Under the pieces are notes generated by a model. That model was given only the letters and a program-made list of their open reading frames with translations. It had not been told where the DNA came from and ran no database searches. From Eledone cirrhosa (Eukaryota), in the NCBI GenBank assembly GCA_964016885.1, contig OZ024742.1, positions 149,482,001 through 149,546,000 on the forward strand: 64,000 nucleotides of DNA. Reading direction: 5' to 3'. This document shows, one piece after another, positions 13,121-27,285 of the stretch. The translations under genes and the position numbers were made by a program. Positions within the stretch are counted from its first letter, which is position 1, and the number at the start of each line of letters is the position of its first letter.

Positions 13121-14339
13121 CCATCTGTTTTTCACTTAATCTTTATCACTCTCTCTCCTTCTCTATAAGAAATCGACAGAGACGTCATAAATCACTACGG
13201 CGCCCCCATGACTCCACCAGGAGTTAGGGTTCATACATACACACAACTATTCACACTATGAGGGCCCTTACACTCTTACTCTGATCCAAGAACTCTTCAC
13301 GAAAGGTTCTAAACTTTCCTGATACGAAGAAGAGTACATGGCAGAAATTGAGAGGTTAAACAATCAGGGCTGTTGATTGCTTTCATCAACGTGGGTGGCA
13401 ATTCCCCCCCCCCCCCTACATTTGATGGTTTGCTTTTTTAAAGCTAGATCTTGCCTTTAATTATTGTGTAACCTATTATAATCTTTTCATTTGTCTGTGT
13501 AATTATTTATTATGTAACGTCTTTCACCCCTCCCTGCGTTTTTATATAACTTGTTTGTCCTACTCTATACGTCTTTGTAAGCTGATTTTTAACGTTCCAT
13601 ATTTTTGTAATGTATGAATGGAATTATATTAAGTTGCCTCAGTGGAAACTTCTGTTCTTAATATCATTGGTTTTATTTGTGTTGTTATTTACGCAGGCTA
13701 TTGGGTTTCATTTGTTCTCTGGTAAAGGTGAAACAAATGCTCCTCTCCACCTTACCGAAAACCAAACTAAGAGAGATAAAACAACAATTATCTGGGCCAG
13801 CATTTTTCAAGATGCCACTAGATATGTAATTCAAAGAAATTGGCACAAGCTCCGCTGTATTGTGTGGTAATTGTACTAATCTATCTGATACACGTGTTCA
13901 AACGTTTTGTTACCAAATCGCCATTGTAAATGAAGTATATTTTCTTTCTTCAACTGCTATTGGTTCTACTATTGTTGTTGTTGGTGGTAGTGATGATGAT
14001 GGTGATGATGGGTTTGATGATAATGATGATAGTGATGATAGTGAGTAGTAGTAGTAGTAGTAGTAGTAAAGGAAGAAGAAGGGGGAGGATGAAGATGATC
14101 ATGGCGTGAAAGTTAAAGATGCTCATAGGGTGATATTGAGAAGAAAGATGGTGGTAGCGGTGATGGTAGTGGTGGTGTAACTGGTAATAAGGTAACTATG
14201 CTGGCGATGACGATAATGGAGGTAATGGTAGTAACTTTGCCTTTAGCAGTTATGTGCCTAAAATTGTTGATATAGGCCCCTTTGTTCGGGAACTTTCTCA
14301 ATAGCGACACAGCCACTCGGCTCACAGAACTGAGAATTC

Positions 14340-14760
14340 TCCCATTCTGGCATGTTTGCGTAAAGCTCGTAGCACCATTTTCCTCTTCATTCTCACCTTC
14401 GACGACAAGCGCCAACCTCTTTGCTAAAATATTGGAAAAATCTTAAACTCTGTTTTTAGTAGAGTTATGGGCCTGAAGTTATCCAAAACGTCCCCTTTGT
14501 TCTCGTCTTTTTTCATCGGCGTTACTACGCTCCGACCCACAGAACAAGGAATACTCCCGTTCTGTTGCCAGTTGCAGTAGACGGCTTCGAGGAGATCGGA
14601 GACCAAGCCTGGCATTTCTACGTAAAACTCGTAGGGCAGACCATCTAAACCGGGTGACTTGCGCCAATTGGAGCTTACCAGGACATCCCGTATCTCGGTT
14701 GCTGTTATCGGCCTTTTGCAGCGCATTTCTTGATGTTGTTCGTTGTTGCTGTGTCTGTGG
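14340..14760 (-). pseudogene. Tx1/L1-like reverse transcriptase fragment (decayed sequence may extend to ~15420)
   Basis: KSPGLDGLPYEFY and DNFRPITLL motifs in ORF 14424-14726. Confidence 0.85.
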
Positions 14761-15732
14761 AGGCCCTGGTTTGGGCTGCAAAGGTGCCCTGAAGCTCACT
14801 GCAATTTTTAGTTTAGGGCAGAAGGCTCATGAATGAGTTGATTCATCACGGACGTAACAGTGTAGCCCCCCCCCTGCCGTCAGTGACCACTTGAATTTCC
14901 GACCCGTCTGGAAGGCGAACATGGATTGCAATTTTCCGGATGTCTTTTGGTTTGATTTGGAGCAGAATCTCCAAACCCAATCCAGCCCAGTTGTCTCTCC
15001 AGAGAGTTTTTACGTTGAGGAGGGTATCGTTACCTTCCACTACAACGCTTCATAGGAGCTACCAGATGTTCAGTCCTGGGAATGCAGTCCTTCAACGTTC
15101 TACCCATGTAACATGGGTACATAATTATTTGGTCCGTTTTGTAGAGGACCACATAATGTTTTATAGCAAGGGCCTCTGTTTTGAATAGCACTGAGATGGT
15201 GCCAAATTGTAGGCCCTTGCTATGTATTTTATATCTTGCATGCTGCATTTCAACGCGGCCTCCACTTGAGATTGCGGGGCCAGTTCAGCTTTTTTCGATT
15301 TTACTCTAATGCATCTATATTTCAATGTCCTTTTCTCTGTAGCGGCCATCACCTCAACTGAAACTGTTATGTTGACCTGGGCTTTCTCTCTGCTTATCAG
15401 TTTGGCTATCTAGACCAAACGTTCTTCCTTGTCTGAAATGTCAAAATGCAACAATTCCTGCGATTTTGCACCTGTGGCTGCAAATGTGCAGCTGATGTTG
15501 CTCAAGCTGTTGTTGCTGTTATTGTTGTTACTGCGAGCAGCTCACACACAATTTGTAAATACATTTTATATGCTTGAACAGTTAAAAGATGTTCAACATA
15601 CATCTTCGGTGTTCTCCAAAATCCAGCGATGGAGTTTTGTTTCATTGTAGCCAGCTCCTTCTTTATAGAAAGAATGTAAAATTATACATGTATGCATGTA
15701 CACACACACACACACACGCACACGCACACACA

Positions 15733-15775
<43 letters not shown>

Positions 15776-18700
15776 CACACACACATACATACATAATTAG
15801 AAACATTAGTAATTTGTTTGAAAAATAATGAAAGATAAACAACAAGAAATTTTAAGAATGTCGACCCATACATTCCCATACAGTGTATTTGTATTGTCAG
15901 ACACCTCACGTTTGCAAACTTGTTTTCAATGTTAACATCGTTTTGTTTGCTTTTCAACACAAATGGTCCATTAATGTCATAGAACTAAATTCCAATCAAA
16001 TCATCGCTCAAATATTCATTACTTGTACACTGTACACGAACAAAGCTTCTTCTTATATGTCTGCATCTACGTGTTTGGGATTTTATATTGATGTTTATGA
16101 GCTGTGTGTACGTCATGCATAAACACATACATATATTTATATACACACACATACACACATACATACATACATACGCACATACATACACACATACATACAT
16201 ACATACAAACATACAAACATACATACACACATACATACACACATACATACATATTTACATGCATATATACATACATACTTACACACATACACACACAAAC
16301 ACAAACACACACACCAATATATATATATATACATACATAAATGCATGCATATATATACATACACGCATTCATATATACAAATATACATAAATTCACACAT
16401 ACATACTAACACAAACATATGCCTATATATCTATATATATATATATACATACATAAATGCATGCATATATACATACACGCATACATATATACAAATATAC
16501 ATACATTCACACATACATAAAATCACACGTACGTGCGCACACATACACATTTCAATGTTACTGTCTAGGGACTAAAGAAAACATGACTGTGGTCAAAGTT
16601 GAAAGACTGAAAAGAAACTAATCTGATTCTGGTCATTGCTTGAGTTATTAAACATCTTTGATCTTCGTCAAAGGGAAAATGTGTATTTGTGCGCGTAAGT
16701 CTGTTCACCTTTTGCTGTTAAGAAATTAAATGAAATTCTTTATTCACCCGTATCTAAAATCTTCAGTAGATGATTATTTTCTACCATACGTATAACTTAC
16801 GGCATCTCTCGAATTTGCAAGTAATATTGTTATTATTGTCAGTGCCTCCAAGAGAAATTTCGCAAGGCGGTACAAGACTTCTTTGGGGCCCGAAGCAGGC
16901 AAAGATTTTTCTCAAAATTGATGCCGCATGGTTGCTGTGGGACCTTCTTAGCTCTTGGGCCACGAAACAATGTACCGGCTGGACCCCTCTGTCATAGGCC
17001 CTGATTATTGTGGTTCAAAAGACGACCTGAAATGGCTACCGTCCCACCAATCACATTTCTCCCAAAATGCCAAAGTGGAATGAGAAATGATGTTTTTATT
17101 TATTGGGCTTTCATTTATGTTTCTTTCAGTAAGAAAATCATGTTTCAGCATCTGAATTATCCAAACCTGTCAACTTTAGGATGGGTGAAAGATGTCTTCT
17201 CTTGTGAAAATGGATATAACTTTCATTAGGTAAAATCTCCCCGCTCAGCCATATCTGCGGCCTCAAGGTAAATCTTACATGATATGGGATATGTCCTTCA
17301 ACGGACGGATAATTTCTTCGCCAAGCATATGACTTCAAATTCACAGGGGAAAAGAAATCCTGCAGTTTTTCAAGAGTATTAACGATATAAGTGAAGGAGT
17401 TCTATTTGAGAATGGAAACTGTATTTTGGACTACGAAAGAAACTATTCTTAAGGTGAATAGAAATAAAGTCACCGCAAGTGGGGTGGGTGATCAGAGAAA
17501 AAGTTGCAATTTTGATTATGAAAAAATGTAAACTTTCCACGTCCGACGGGAATATCTGCCACCCACTTTTGGATGGGTGAGACATGTCTTCTCTTCTGAA
17601 AATGGGTATAGCTTTCATTGTGTAAAATCTCCCATTTGGCTTCATTTCTACCCGTTTTGAGGCACCTTTTTCATGGTACTCCCTGTTTGTGCTTTTAGAG
17701 GTTAGCAGGTCTGATTATCTGTGCACATACAATAGCCTGAATTCTCTCAGGTAATCGGAAAACTAGTGTGTGGTATACATTTGACGAGTTCTTGTTTCTC
17801 AATCTATGGAAGCAATTGATATTCATTGAGTAAGTATATAAACAGTTACATTTGTATTCCTTGCTGCTGGATCTATTTAACGAATATCTAATTATTTAAA
17901 GCTCCAGGAATAGCAATAGCAATATTTGCATAGAATTTTGGTGTGAAGAATAACACTAACGGTATATGTTTAAGGTCACTAAAGATAAATCAGATGCTGG
18001 ATGCTTTCTACTTAATAAAGTTCGGATCTCATCGGCATTATGAATCTTCTTCTTCTTCTTCTTCTTGGGAGTTTCATGGGGGAAGAGTCCTCAAACACTC
18101 CTTCCAGCGGGTCCTGTCAGAAACAAATCGTCTCCAACTGATCCGGCTGGATCCCAAGCATGATCAGCCAAGCTTATGGATATTATTCAACAATCTTACT
18201 ATTTAATTCAGATCGTGTAAATATGTTCATAAATGTGTTTCCATCTACCTTTGCACGATTCTTTTAGTTAGAATGACTACATGTGGGTTCATTTGTTTTA
18301 TTAGAAGGTTCTTCAATGCTATTTTCATTCCATCAATTTGATTATACATATGATTTGACTCTTCAAAATACCAGATCATTATTATTTGGTTTTTATATCT
18401 ATGAAATCTTTGCATTTCATAGACTTTTCTACGCTGTACATCCTATATCAACAGATTATATGCAGTAGTAAATGTATTGGTTTCCATTAATATATCTAGA
18501 CTGCTCTACTATATATACTATATTTCTCTGGCTAGAATATTTAATTTCTTACTTAATTATAAGTGTAGATAGCTAGGAGACATTCATTTTTCTAGAATTT
18601 CTAGTGTGGCACCGTCTAGGTATTTTGATTAATATATGGTTTATTGTTTATTCAAATTAGCCCCGCATAAGCTACTCATCAGTAACGTTTATCTTTAATA

Positions 18701-19304
18701 TATTGTTTAGTATTCTTAGCTGGAAGATATTAGTCTTGATTTACAATTACGACCCCCCCCCCCCCTTTTATTTTAGCCATCTGGTAGAATTGCTTTAGTA
18801 GCTGACTGCTTAGTTTAATGCTGTAAGACACTGTCCATGTAAGGTTCCCACACAATACTAATTTTCGTTTCTCTTTTATTATTACTTGCATTTATCACTG
18901 AATTTACTGTGTTATGTTAGAACTGTGTAATATGCGTGTATGTTATTTTAGTGTGTTTATCTTTCGTGGTGTGTCTGTTGACACTAAATATTTTATAATC
19001 TTTATGTATGGATTAAAATTTGGTTTTATTTTTTGTAATGTGTTTTGTTTTTTTCTAGAACTATCGGTCTATATCGTAGATATGCTGTAAGCGACCCCCA
19101 GTTGCGAGGGAACACCTTTTCCTTGTCAGAGCGGCTGGGTGCTATGTGTCAATTAACTCATGGTATTTGTGAAGCGGTTTTTTGTTTGTTTTGTGCCGAT
19201 TCTGAAAATCTCACACAGATTCCAATTTATGATATTAAAGACACGAGTTATTCTAGTCAACCACAGTGTTCTTCTTCTTCTTCTTCTTCTTCTTCGTCCA
19301 CTTA

Positions 19305-19742
19305 TTCCTGAGAGGGCCGTGAGGGCAGAGTCCTCAAACACTCCTTCCAGTAGGTCCTGTCAGAAGTAACCGTCTCCAACTGATCCAGCTGCATCCCCAA
19401 GCGTGACCAGCTAAGCTTATGGATGTTATCCAACCATTTTGCTCGAGATCTACTCTTGGGTCGCTTTCCGGTTGGTTTTGCCCGTAAAATCTGTCCAGCA
19501 ATTCTTTCCTGAGACATTCTAACCACATGCCCGCAGTATCGGAGCTGTGATCTTTCAATTCGGAGAAGTAGCGGTTCTACCTGGAGAGACTCTCTGAGCT
19601 CCGAGCTACGCACTTTATCGAGTAACGTTTCTCCAAAGACCCTTCCTCTCATTACTGAATGCTGAAGCTGGCGCATTACTACACCGGCTTTTGCAATTCT
19701 TGTACTTACTTCAGCCTCCTGCCTTTCATCATTCGTGAACAC
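19305..19742 (-). pseudogene. RTE-clade LINE ORF 3' end with (GAA)n tail
   Basis: TLLDKVRSSELRESLQVEPLLLRIERSQLRYCGHVVRM...KRPKSRSRAKWLD; related fragments at 18085-18195 and 25285-25345. Confidence 0.85.
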
Positions 19743-20209
19743 AGTGTTGCCATATTAAATTATATAAAAGGAAGATGACCCAAGCCAGAGCATAAAATAG
19801 TAATGACTGCCTCACCAGATGATACATCGTTACATTCATAGCTCCGTTAAAAATCTGTGGTAGTTGTTTGGCTGCGACTATCAGTAAAGCACAGGAACAA
19901 AAACTCTATCATGAATGTATAGCAGGAGTAATCTGTCTCGATTTGTTAGAAATAAACTCATTTATTCTACTCCCATCACAAAACTGTATATTACTTCCCG
20001 TAAACATACTAAACTAGTTGGCTTCTACAATTACACTTCCTTCTGGAATTACAATGACGCTATTGCTATTCTCAAGAAATTCACAATGGATATAAATCAC
20101 ACCAACTGCACACAATTATCCCGGTTTCTTAGATTAAGAAATCTCCCAAAGACTTAGTGCCTTGTTTTATATATCTAAAGTAAAAACAAAGAATATTAAA
20201 ATGATCTAA

Positions 20210-20640
20210 TAATAACTGCTTCTACTTTAGGCACAACGCCGGTAATTTTTGTGGAGGGGAAAGTCGATTAAATCGACACCAGTGCATTACTGGTGCTTTA
20301 TTTTATCGACCCCGTAAGGATGAAAGGCAAAGCTAACCTAGGTGGGATTTGAACTCAGAACGTAAAGGGCCATAACTTAATGCTGCAAAGCATGGTATCT
20401 GACGCTCTGTCGATACTGGCAATCCACCGCCCTTAAATGATCTAATAATTGTTTCTACATTTGGCACAAGGCCAGTAAATTGAAGAGAAAGGAAAAGTCG
20501 ATTAAATCGACCCAGTACGTAACTGGTGTTTTATTTTATCGACCCCGTAAGGATGAAAGACAAAGCTAATCTCGGTGGGATTTGAAACCAGAACGTAAAG
20601 AGCTGTAACTCTGTGTTGTAAAGCATGTTGTCCGACGCTG
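20210..20640 (-). mobile_element. Two tandem SINE copies
   Basis: SINE consensus on the minus strand; aaatgatctaataat duplicated around the first copy. Confidence 0.85.
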
Positions 20641-20672
20641 CCAGACTTAATATTAACAACAATCGTTTAAAT

Positions 20673-21009
20673 CAGGGGTTCTCAACCTTTTTTTCGCTGT
20701 GGACCACCAAAATAAGTAATTTTTTCCTGTGGACCACCTAAACTTTTAAATCTTTTGTAATAGAACTGCTACTTATAAGCATCAGTAGATGTTTTTTTCA
20801 ATGAATTAGAAAATGCTATTATCATGTCGCAGTGCCTACAAATCTACTCAAATAAACAGCTGAAGTCGTACTTATGCGAAGAATAAGAACACCGCTTTAA
20901 GTCAAATGCATGGATCAAAAAAGAATTTGCTATTGAACATTTTCTGTGGACCACCTGAATTTTCCTGTGGACCACTAGTGGTCCACATGGACCAGGTTGA
21001 GAACCCCTG
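20673..21009. mobile_element. hAT (Charlie-like) MITE
   Basis: TIR caggggttctcaacct / aggttgagaacccctg; 8-bp TSD gtttaaat/gtttaaac. Confidence 0.9.
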
Positions 21010-21203
21010 GTTTAAACCATTTTAATGCTTAACACAGAAAAAAAATATTTGTAGGTCTTTGGTACCTGATATATAGATTTCTTCGTGTTGTTATAATTTT
21101 AATTTTAATTTTATTTAACTGGGTAATTGTGTTTTGTGTCGTGTGTTTTGATAGTTTAGGCTTGCTATATTTTGTTGTTGGTAGGGTTATGTAAAGAAAG
21201 ATC

Positions 21204-21258
<55 letters not shown>

Positions 21259-21264
<6 letters not shown>

Positions 21265-21520
21265 TGTAATAAACAACATAAGGCAATTATTCCATTTACC
21301 AGTGGTTTCTTAAAAGCAAAAAATTTTGCTTTCATTCATCAGAATGAAAAAATTCTGGATTTTTTCATTCTGATGATTGAAAGCAAAAATTTTTGCTTTT
21401 AAGAAACCAGTGGTAAATGGAATAATTACCTTATGTTGTTTATTACATAACTATTAAGCTCTGTTACCTACATAGAGCACTCTTTTTTCCTGGACTTTTC
21501 CGATGGAATTACTTCACATA
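21259..21520 (+). mobile_element. Fold-back element (palindrome 21259-21454 plus tail), hammerhead in both arms
   Basis: Inverted arms; TA flanks; relative at 46795-46975. Confidence 0.85.
21365..21420 (+). ncRNA. Type-I hammerhead ribozyme (mirror copy 21292-21347, minus strand)
   Basis: tcatt CTGATGA ttgaaagcaa..ttgcttttaa GAAA ccagtgg TA aatgg. Confidence 0.85.
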
Positions 21521-21522
21521 TA

Positions 21523-21593
<71 letters not shown>

Positions 21594-21662
21594 TATATAT
21601 ATAAATATATATATAGGACTATTTTTATCATATGCAACCACGCAGTATTCTTATTTCTTCTC

Positions 21663-21714
<52 letters not shown>

Positions 21715-21721
<7 letters not shown>

Positions 21722-22290
21722 ATACTTTGGGAGGGTCATGTTGCCAATAAGAAACACACGCACCAGTTGCTTTCACTTCAATTTAATTTAATATATATTT
21801 ATAAATTTACAAATTTATAAATTTCTGGTTGGTTGGTTGGTTCCACAACCAGATAGTTGTTTATATATATATAGTCATAGTTCTTTCGTCACACACTCTG
21901 TGACCTCTTCAGTGACTGGGGATTTCTTTCTTCGTTTCTGTGCCTTTCCTTTCTTCTATCCTACGCCATTTTGTGGCGTAGGATAGAAGAAAGGAAAGGC
22001 ACAGAAACGAAGAAAGAAATCCCCAGTCACTGAAGAGGTCACAGAGTGTGTGACGAAAGAACTATGACTATATATATATAAACAACTATCTGGTTGTGGA
22101 ACCAACCAACCAACCAGAAATTTATAAATTTGTAAATTTATAAATATATATTAAATTAAATTGAAGTGAAAGCAACTGGTGCGTGTGTTTCTTATTGGCA
22201 ACATGACCCTCCCAAAGTATAACAATATCGGTTTCAACACACGATTTCAGATAAAGAATCTTGCTAAACAAATTCAGAAACGAAATATAT
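21715..22290 (+). mobile_element. Fold-back element (palindrome 21715-22227 plus tail)
   Basis: ~250-nt arms centred at ~21971; terminus related to 42240-42700 and 35103-35262. Confidence 0.85.
22025..22069 (+). ncRNA. Type-I hammerhead ribozyme (mirror copy 21873-21917, minus strand)
   Basis: agtca CTGAAGA g gtcac..gtgac GAAA gaac TA tgact. Confidence 0.85.
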
Positions 22291-22771
22291 ATATATAACA
22301 AATTATAAAATAAGAAGCATAGACACAGATATATACGCTTTCCAGACACGTTCGTAGCAAGTGAGAAAATCTCAAAAGGCGGAGGGAGAAATTACCACGT
22401 GGTACACCGGTCAAGAAAGGGAACTGATTCCCTTTGGAGCAAGTGAAAAAATATCTCAAAAGGCGAAGGGAGAAATTAAAACATGATACAGAGGTTACAG
22501 GCGGGTGGTAAGGTGGACTGAAAGCGATTATTGTGTTTGCTAAGAAGCAGTTACTTTACTTTCGGGTTAACTCAACCATAACGGACTTTGAGACAATATC
22601 ATAATGAGATACACACATATACACATGTATATGTGTGTCTCTCATTATACACATGTATACATACATACGTATGTATATATATTTTCACAAGCATGTGAGT
22701 GTGTGTGGTGTCGACCTTAACCAGTTTTGCTCTATGATGAGAGACAAAATAATCGAAATAATATATATATA

Positions 22772-22807
<36 letters not shown>

Positions 22808-22950
22808 GTAGGTCCCGGGTTGAGTCGGGGATAACCACAGTAAGTAAGGTACTCAATACATGGCAGAGTAAAATTTTACAGGACTAGTACTGTGCTTCCT
22901 GAAGATTTCATCTGAATGAAACAGTACTAGTCCTGTAGAAGCTCCTTCTA
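22808..22950. mobile_element. Short fold-back element with hammerhead core; family shared with 31818-32006, 44960-45127 and 59303-59396
   Basis: CTGAAGA 22899-22905, GAAA 22918-22921, cagTA; inverted tacaggactagtactg arms. Confidence 0.7.
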
Positions 22951-22962
22951 TAAAATAAAATA

Positions 22963-23000
<38 letters not shown>

Positions 23001-23209
23001 TATATAAGTATGTATACGTACATACATATATGTATACAGACGTACAGTAGTGTGTATATATATACATACATGCACACATATATACATGTACATATGGGTT
23101 TACCGAACATTTATTATAATGCTCGGTTTGTTTGTAAACAAACAGCCCGAATTAAGACGTACAGTGTTTAGCAACCATCGTTGCCCTTTTGTTCAACACT
23201 GACAAAGGA

Positions 23210-23252
23210 ACGATGTACTAGTTTCAAGCTTATTAGCTATCGTCAGCATCGT
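23210..23252 (-). ncRNA. Minimal type-I hammerhead ribozyme, intact core
   Basis: acgatg CTGACGA tagct aata agctt GAAA ctag TA catcgt. Confidence 0.88.
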
Positions 23253-23279
23253 ATATATATATATATATATATTGTTAAT

Positions 23280-23722
23280 TAGCAGTATCGGTAGAGGGTT
23301 GGAAGCCATGCTTTCTAGCATAGTTACGTCCCTTTACGGTCTGAGTTCAAATCCCGTCGAGGTTAACTGTGCCTAATGGGGTCAATAAAATAAAGTACCA
23401 GTAATGTACTGGGTAATTGCTGGCCTTGTGCCAAATGTAGAAACAGTTATTATAGAAATGATTTCTATAGGACTAGAACTGTTTCATATATTAAAAATTG
23501 CGATTTACTCTTCTAATGTAAGTTAATTACGCTTTCTATTATTTTACTTATGCCATGTTTATGATATTAAATACGTTCTCTAATTAATATTATCTTTTTA
23601 CGATCTGAGTTCAAATCCCGCCGAGGTTGACTTTGCCTTTCACCCTTATGGGGTCGATAAAATAAAGTACCAGTAATGAACTGGGTATTTGCTGGCCTTG
23701 TGCCTAAAGTAGAAACAAATAT
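23280..23722 (+). mobile_element. Two SINE copies (23280-23452; 5'-truncated 23597-23722)
   Basis: SINE consensus match. Confidence 0.85.
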
Positions 23723-23989
23723 TATCTTTTATGAGTGCGCTTTGAAATGTTCTTTTCGCAACAATAATTCACTGAGATATTGTTGAGGAACAAGGTCAAT
23801 ATTATTGTATATTGATCTAAATTATATATATATATATAATATAACCGTTGATCGTCAAGATCCCAGACCCCATTCGCTTAACGAATGGGGTGGAGTTCAT
23901 CAAATCGGATCGAGGAAACAATGTTTCCATTGGTCTTTCCATTTACTAATACTATTTACCGGTCGCAAATCCAGCAACGTGAAATAGAA

Positions 23990-24080
23990 TGCGCAAGAAC
24001 ATAACGCCCGGTCCGGGAATCGAACTCACAACCACACGATTGGGAATCCAACTCTCTAACCTCTCAGCCATGCGTTTTCA
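23990..24080 (-). mobile_element. tRNA-like SINE head
   Basis: Minus strand: gcatggctgagaggttag...gagttcgattccc. Confidence 0.55.
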
Positions 24081-24094
24081 CTATGTGTGTGTGT

Positions 24095-24165
<71 letters not shown>

Positions 24166-24427
24166 CGTGTGTGTGTGTGTGTCTGTGTGTGTGATGTGTG
24201 TGTGTATGTGTTGTGTGTGTGTATGTGTTGTGTGTGTGATGTGATGTGTGTGTGTGGTCTGAATCATTAAAGCATTGAACGAAATGCTTTGCGGTAATTA
24301 TTCTGGGTACAAATCCCGCTACCATACAGCCTTGCGGTGTCAATAAAATAAATTACTAATCAAGGAATGGGGTTGTGTTCTTCTTAAAAAAAAGGTTTGG
24401 TTTTGTACCTATATAAGGGATTATTAG

Positions 24428-24957
24428 GGTCGTAGATTGGCAGAATCGTTAAAACCAAAATCACAAAATGATTTACGGTGTGTGTTTCGGCTCTTTACGT
24501 TCTGAGTACTAATCCTACCGAGGTCAACTTTGCCTTTCATTCTTCCAGGGGTCAATAAAATAAAGTACTAATCAAGTACGACCTTCGGTGAAGTACACAC
24601 TGTTGGAAGCATTCAAGTCATTTCTCCGCTTCGAGGATAACACCACCCCTTTCTCCCCAACCCCACCACCAATTTTGAAGTTGCTGAAAAATAAAATGTC
24701 ATAGGCGCTGCTCTTCTTAAAAAATAAATAAAATAAAATGTATCAAAAAGTAGTATTTCAAGCACCAAGAATTATAAATAATTGCTTCTACTTTTGGCAC
24801 AAGGTCAGCAATTATCCCAGTACTTTATTTTATCGACCCCGTAAGGATGAAAGGTAAAGTTACCCTCGACGGGATTTGAACTCAGACCATAAAGGGACGT
24901 AACTATGCTGGAAAGCATGGCGTTCCACCCTCTACCGATACTGCCAATCCACCACCT
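24428..24957. mobile_element. Two SINEs in opposite orientation (+ 24428-24580; - 24778-24957)
   Basis: SINE consensus matches. Confidence 0.8.
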
Positions 24958-24989
24958 TAAATAATGATTGTTGGTTTAGGACTTACGTC

Positions 24990-25247
24990 GTTTACAACGA
25001 CGAATGTTCTAGTTGATTAAATCAACGGAACTGCCTGCTAGCGTAATTAACGTGAACCTCCAACGTAGTTCTTGAGTTGATTTAACCATGCGTGAGAAGG
25101 ATGGCCTTTTGAATTACAGGTACAACTCATTTTTGCCAGCTGAGTGAACTAGAGCAACGGGAAGCAAAGTGCCTTGCTCAAGGACACAACGCGCGACCGG
25201 TTCGAAAATCGAATTCATAACTTTACGGTCGTGAGTCAAACACCCTT
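24990..25247 (-). mobile_element. CORE-like SINE
   Basis: aagtgccttgctcaaggacacaac (reverse CORE-like segment); 3' part related to 57270-57465. Confidence 0.65.
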
Positions 25248-27064
25248 AGTAGTAATATAGTAATGCGCCAGCTTCAGTATTCAGTAATCAGAGGAAGGGT
25301 CTTTGGAGAAACGTTACTCGATAAAGTACGTAGCTCGGAGCCCAGAGAAATACAATATTGAGCCACGTGTATTATAGGGTTAATAGTCAGTTTCCTTGCA
25401 GTCGGAGAGAACAGCATGGTGCTACCTAAGTTAGAAACATTTCTTCAGTTCTTTGAACTTTCGCTGGCATCTAATACTTTTTACCCCTTTATTGTTGTGT
25501 ATAAAAGTCACCTCTGTTTATTCCATATAACATAGAAAATAAAATACCACGTAAACATCTTATATATTTCTCTTTCTTCTACATCACATCCTCAATGAAT
25601 TACCAAAAAGATGACCCCCAGCCTCCGCCAGCCTTACATATATATAACACACACACACACACACACATACACACGTGTGTATGTGTGTGCATGTGTACAT
25701 CTGTGTGTGTGTGTTTATACACATAAGCATTACAAAAACAATCCAACATACAACTAAGCAAAGAATCTCGTGCTTACACATGTTCGATCAACGGTAACTT
25801 TTGCCCTTTAATAAGTAGACGGTTTTGAATTACCTCCTCAGAGCGTTGTTCTTTTAAGCGGGCACATACACAGGTAATATGTATAGACACATATGTATAC
25901 TTTTACATTGATTAAAATACATAAATTCACACAGATACAACCATGAATAAATATACAAACACACACACACATGATAACGTATTTAAAGAATCATTCAGGA
26001 TACGTTAACTCGGAATATCAGAAACATCTTTTAGGAACAATGTTACACACACACACACGCATATATACAGTGAGAGAGAGAGAGGGGGGGGGGGCGAGAG
26101 ATGATTAAATCCCACGAAGGTGGCGCCTCAAAATGACATGACTGAGTGTAATGGCTGAAACCAGTAAAAATATATTTGTATCGAATCTTTACTGAGGACG
26201 ATATTAACATATTTTAATAGCATAGAGGAGGAAGTTCAGCGTTCATGACTTTTTTAAGGACCTCCGAGATTGTGAAAAGAAGGAACTTATCCTAAGGTCG
26301 AAAACCTAACCGGAATATTTACTATAAAGTGTACTCTGCTACGCATACCTATATGTTTAATCTGTCAACGGATAAGTCTGCCTAACAAGAATTGGAATGG
26401 TGTCCTTGGTGGACTTATTACACACTTTTTGACGACCAAATTACACGCACAAGGCTTTGGTCAACGTGAAGCATTGCTAAAAGATACTAGTCAAAGGTGT
26501 CGTGCAGTGGAATCAAACCCGAAACCACATAATTCGGAAAGGCAATGGAAAATATATTCTTGACTACGAATATCACAAAATCCCATTAAAAAGCAAAACT
26601 TTCATATCTGTGAAAACATTAAGAGCTCTATTCACACTTGTTTTGGCAAAGCTAACAATTTAATGATAGTATCACAGATGTTACTTGAAGCTAATTTTTT
26701 GGTGATTAATGAGAGAGAGAGAAGGAGAATTATATTGTACAAATGTTTCACATACATCAAATACGTGATGTCTGTTTTAGTTAAAAAGTAATTTTTCTGA
26801 AAATGTGAATTCGTTGTTCGCTAATACAGCATGCCATTTGTTATATTTGGAGCAAATATCTGACATTTGTCAACTTGCTAAGTTTAGAAGTCAAATCATT
26901 CTCAAATCAGACTGTCTTAAAAGCGGAAAAGCATTCGATAATGTTCTCGATGCCCGCTACATGAAAATAAAAAAATAAAAAAATGATGAACTAGTTGTGA
27001 CTTTAATGTAGTTTATATTAAGCATGATTAATCAGAGCGTGCTCTAGCTAAACAGCAACAAGAA

Positions 27065-27285
27065 TAATTCTTTCTAGCATTAGCACAAGGCCAGCAATTT
27101 GGGATGAAAGGCAAAGTCGATTATATTGACCCCAGTACTTAACTCGTACTTTATTATATCAAACCCGGAATGATGAAAGGCAAAGTTGACCTCGATCGGA
27201 TTTGAACTAAGAACGCAATGAACCGTAACTAAATGCCGTAATGTATGTTGTCCGAGGCTCTAACGATTATGCAATTCACCGCCCT
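27065..27285 (-). mobile_element. SINE
   Basis: gatgaaaggcaaagttgacctcg..ggatttgaact. Confidence 0.8.

Noticed and set aside
23990-24080. Genuine tRNA gene
   Set aside because: A and B boxes are present but there is no proper acceptor stem; it matches the SINE heads at 7587 and 48403.
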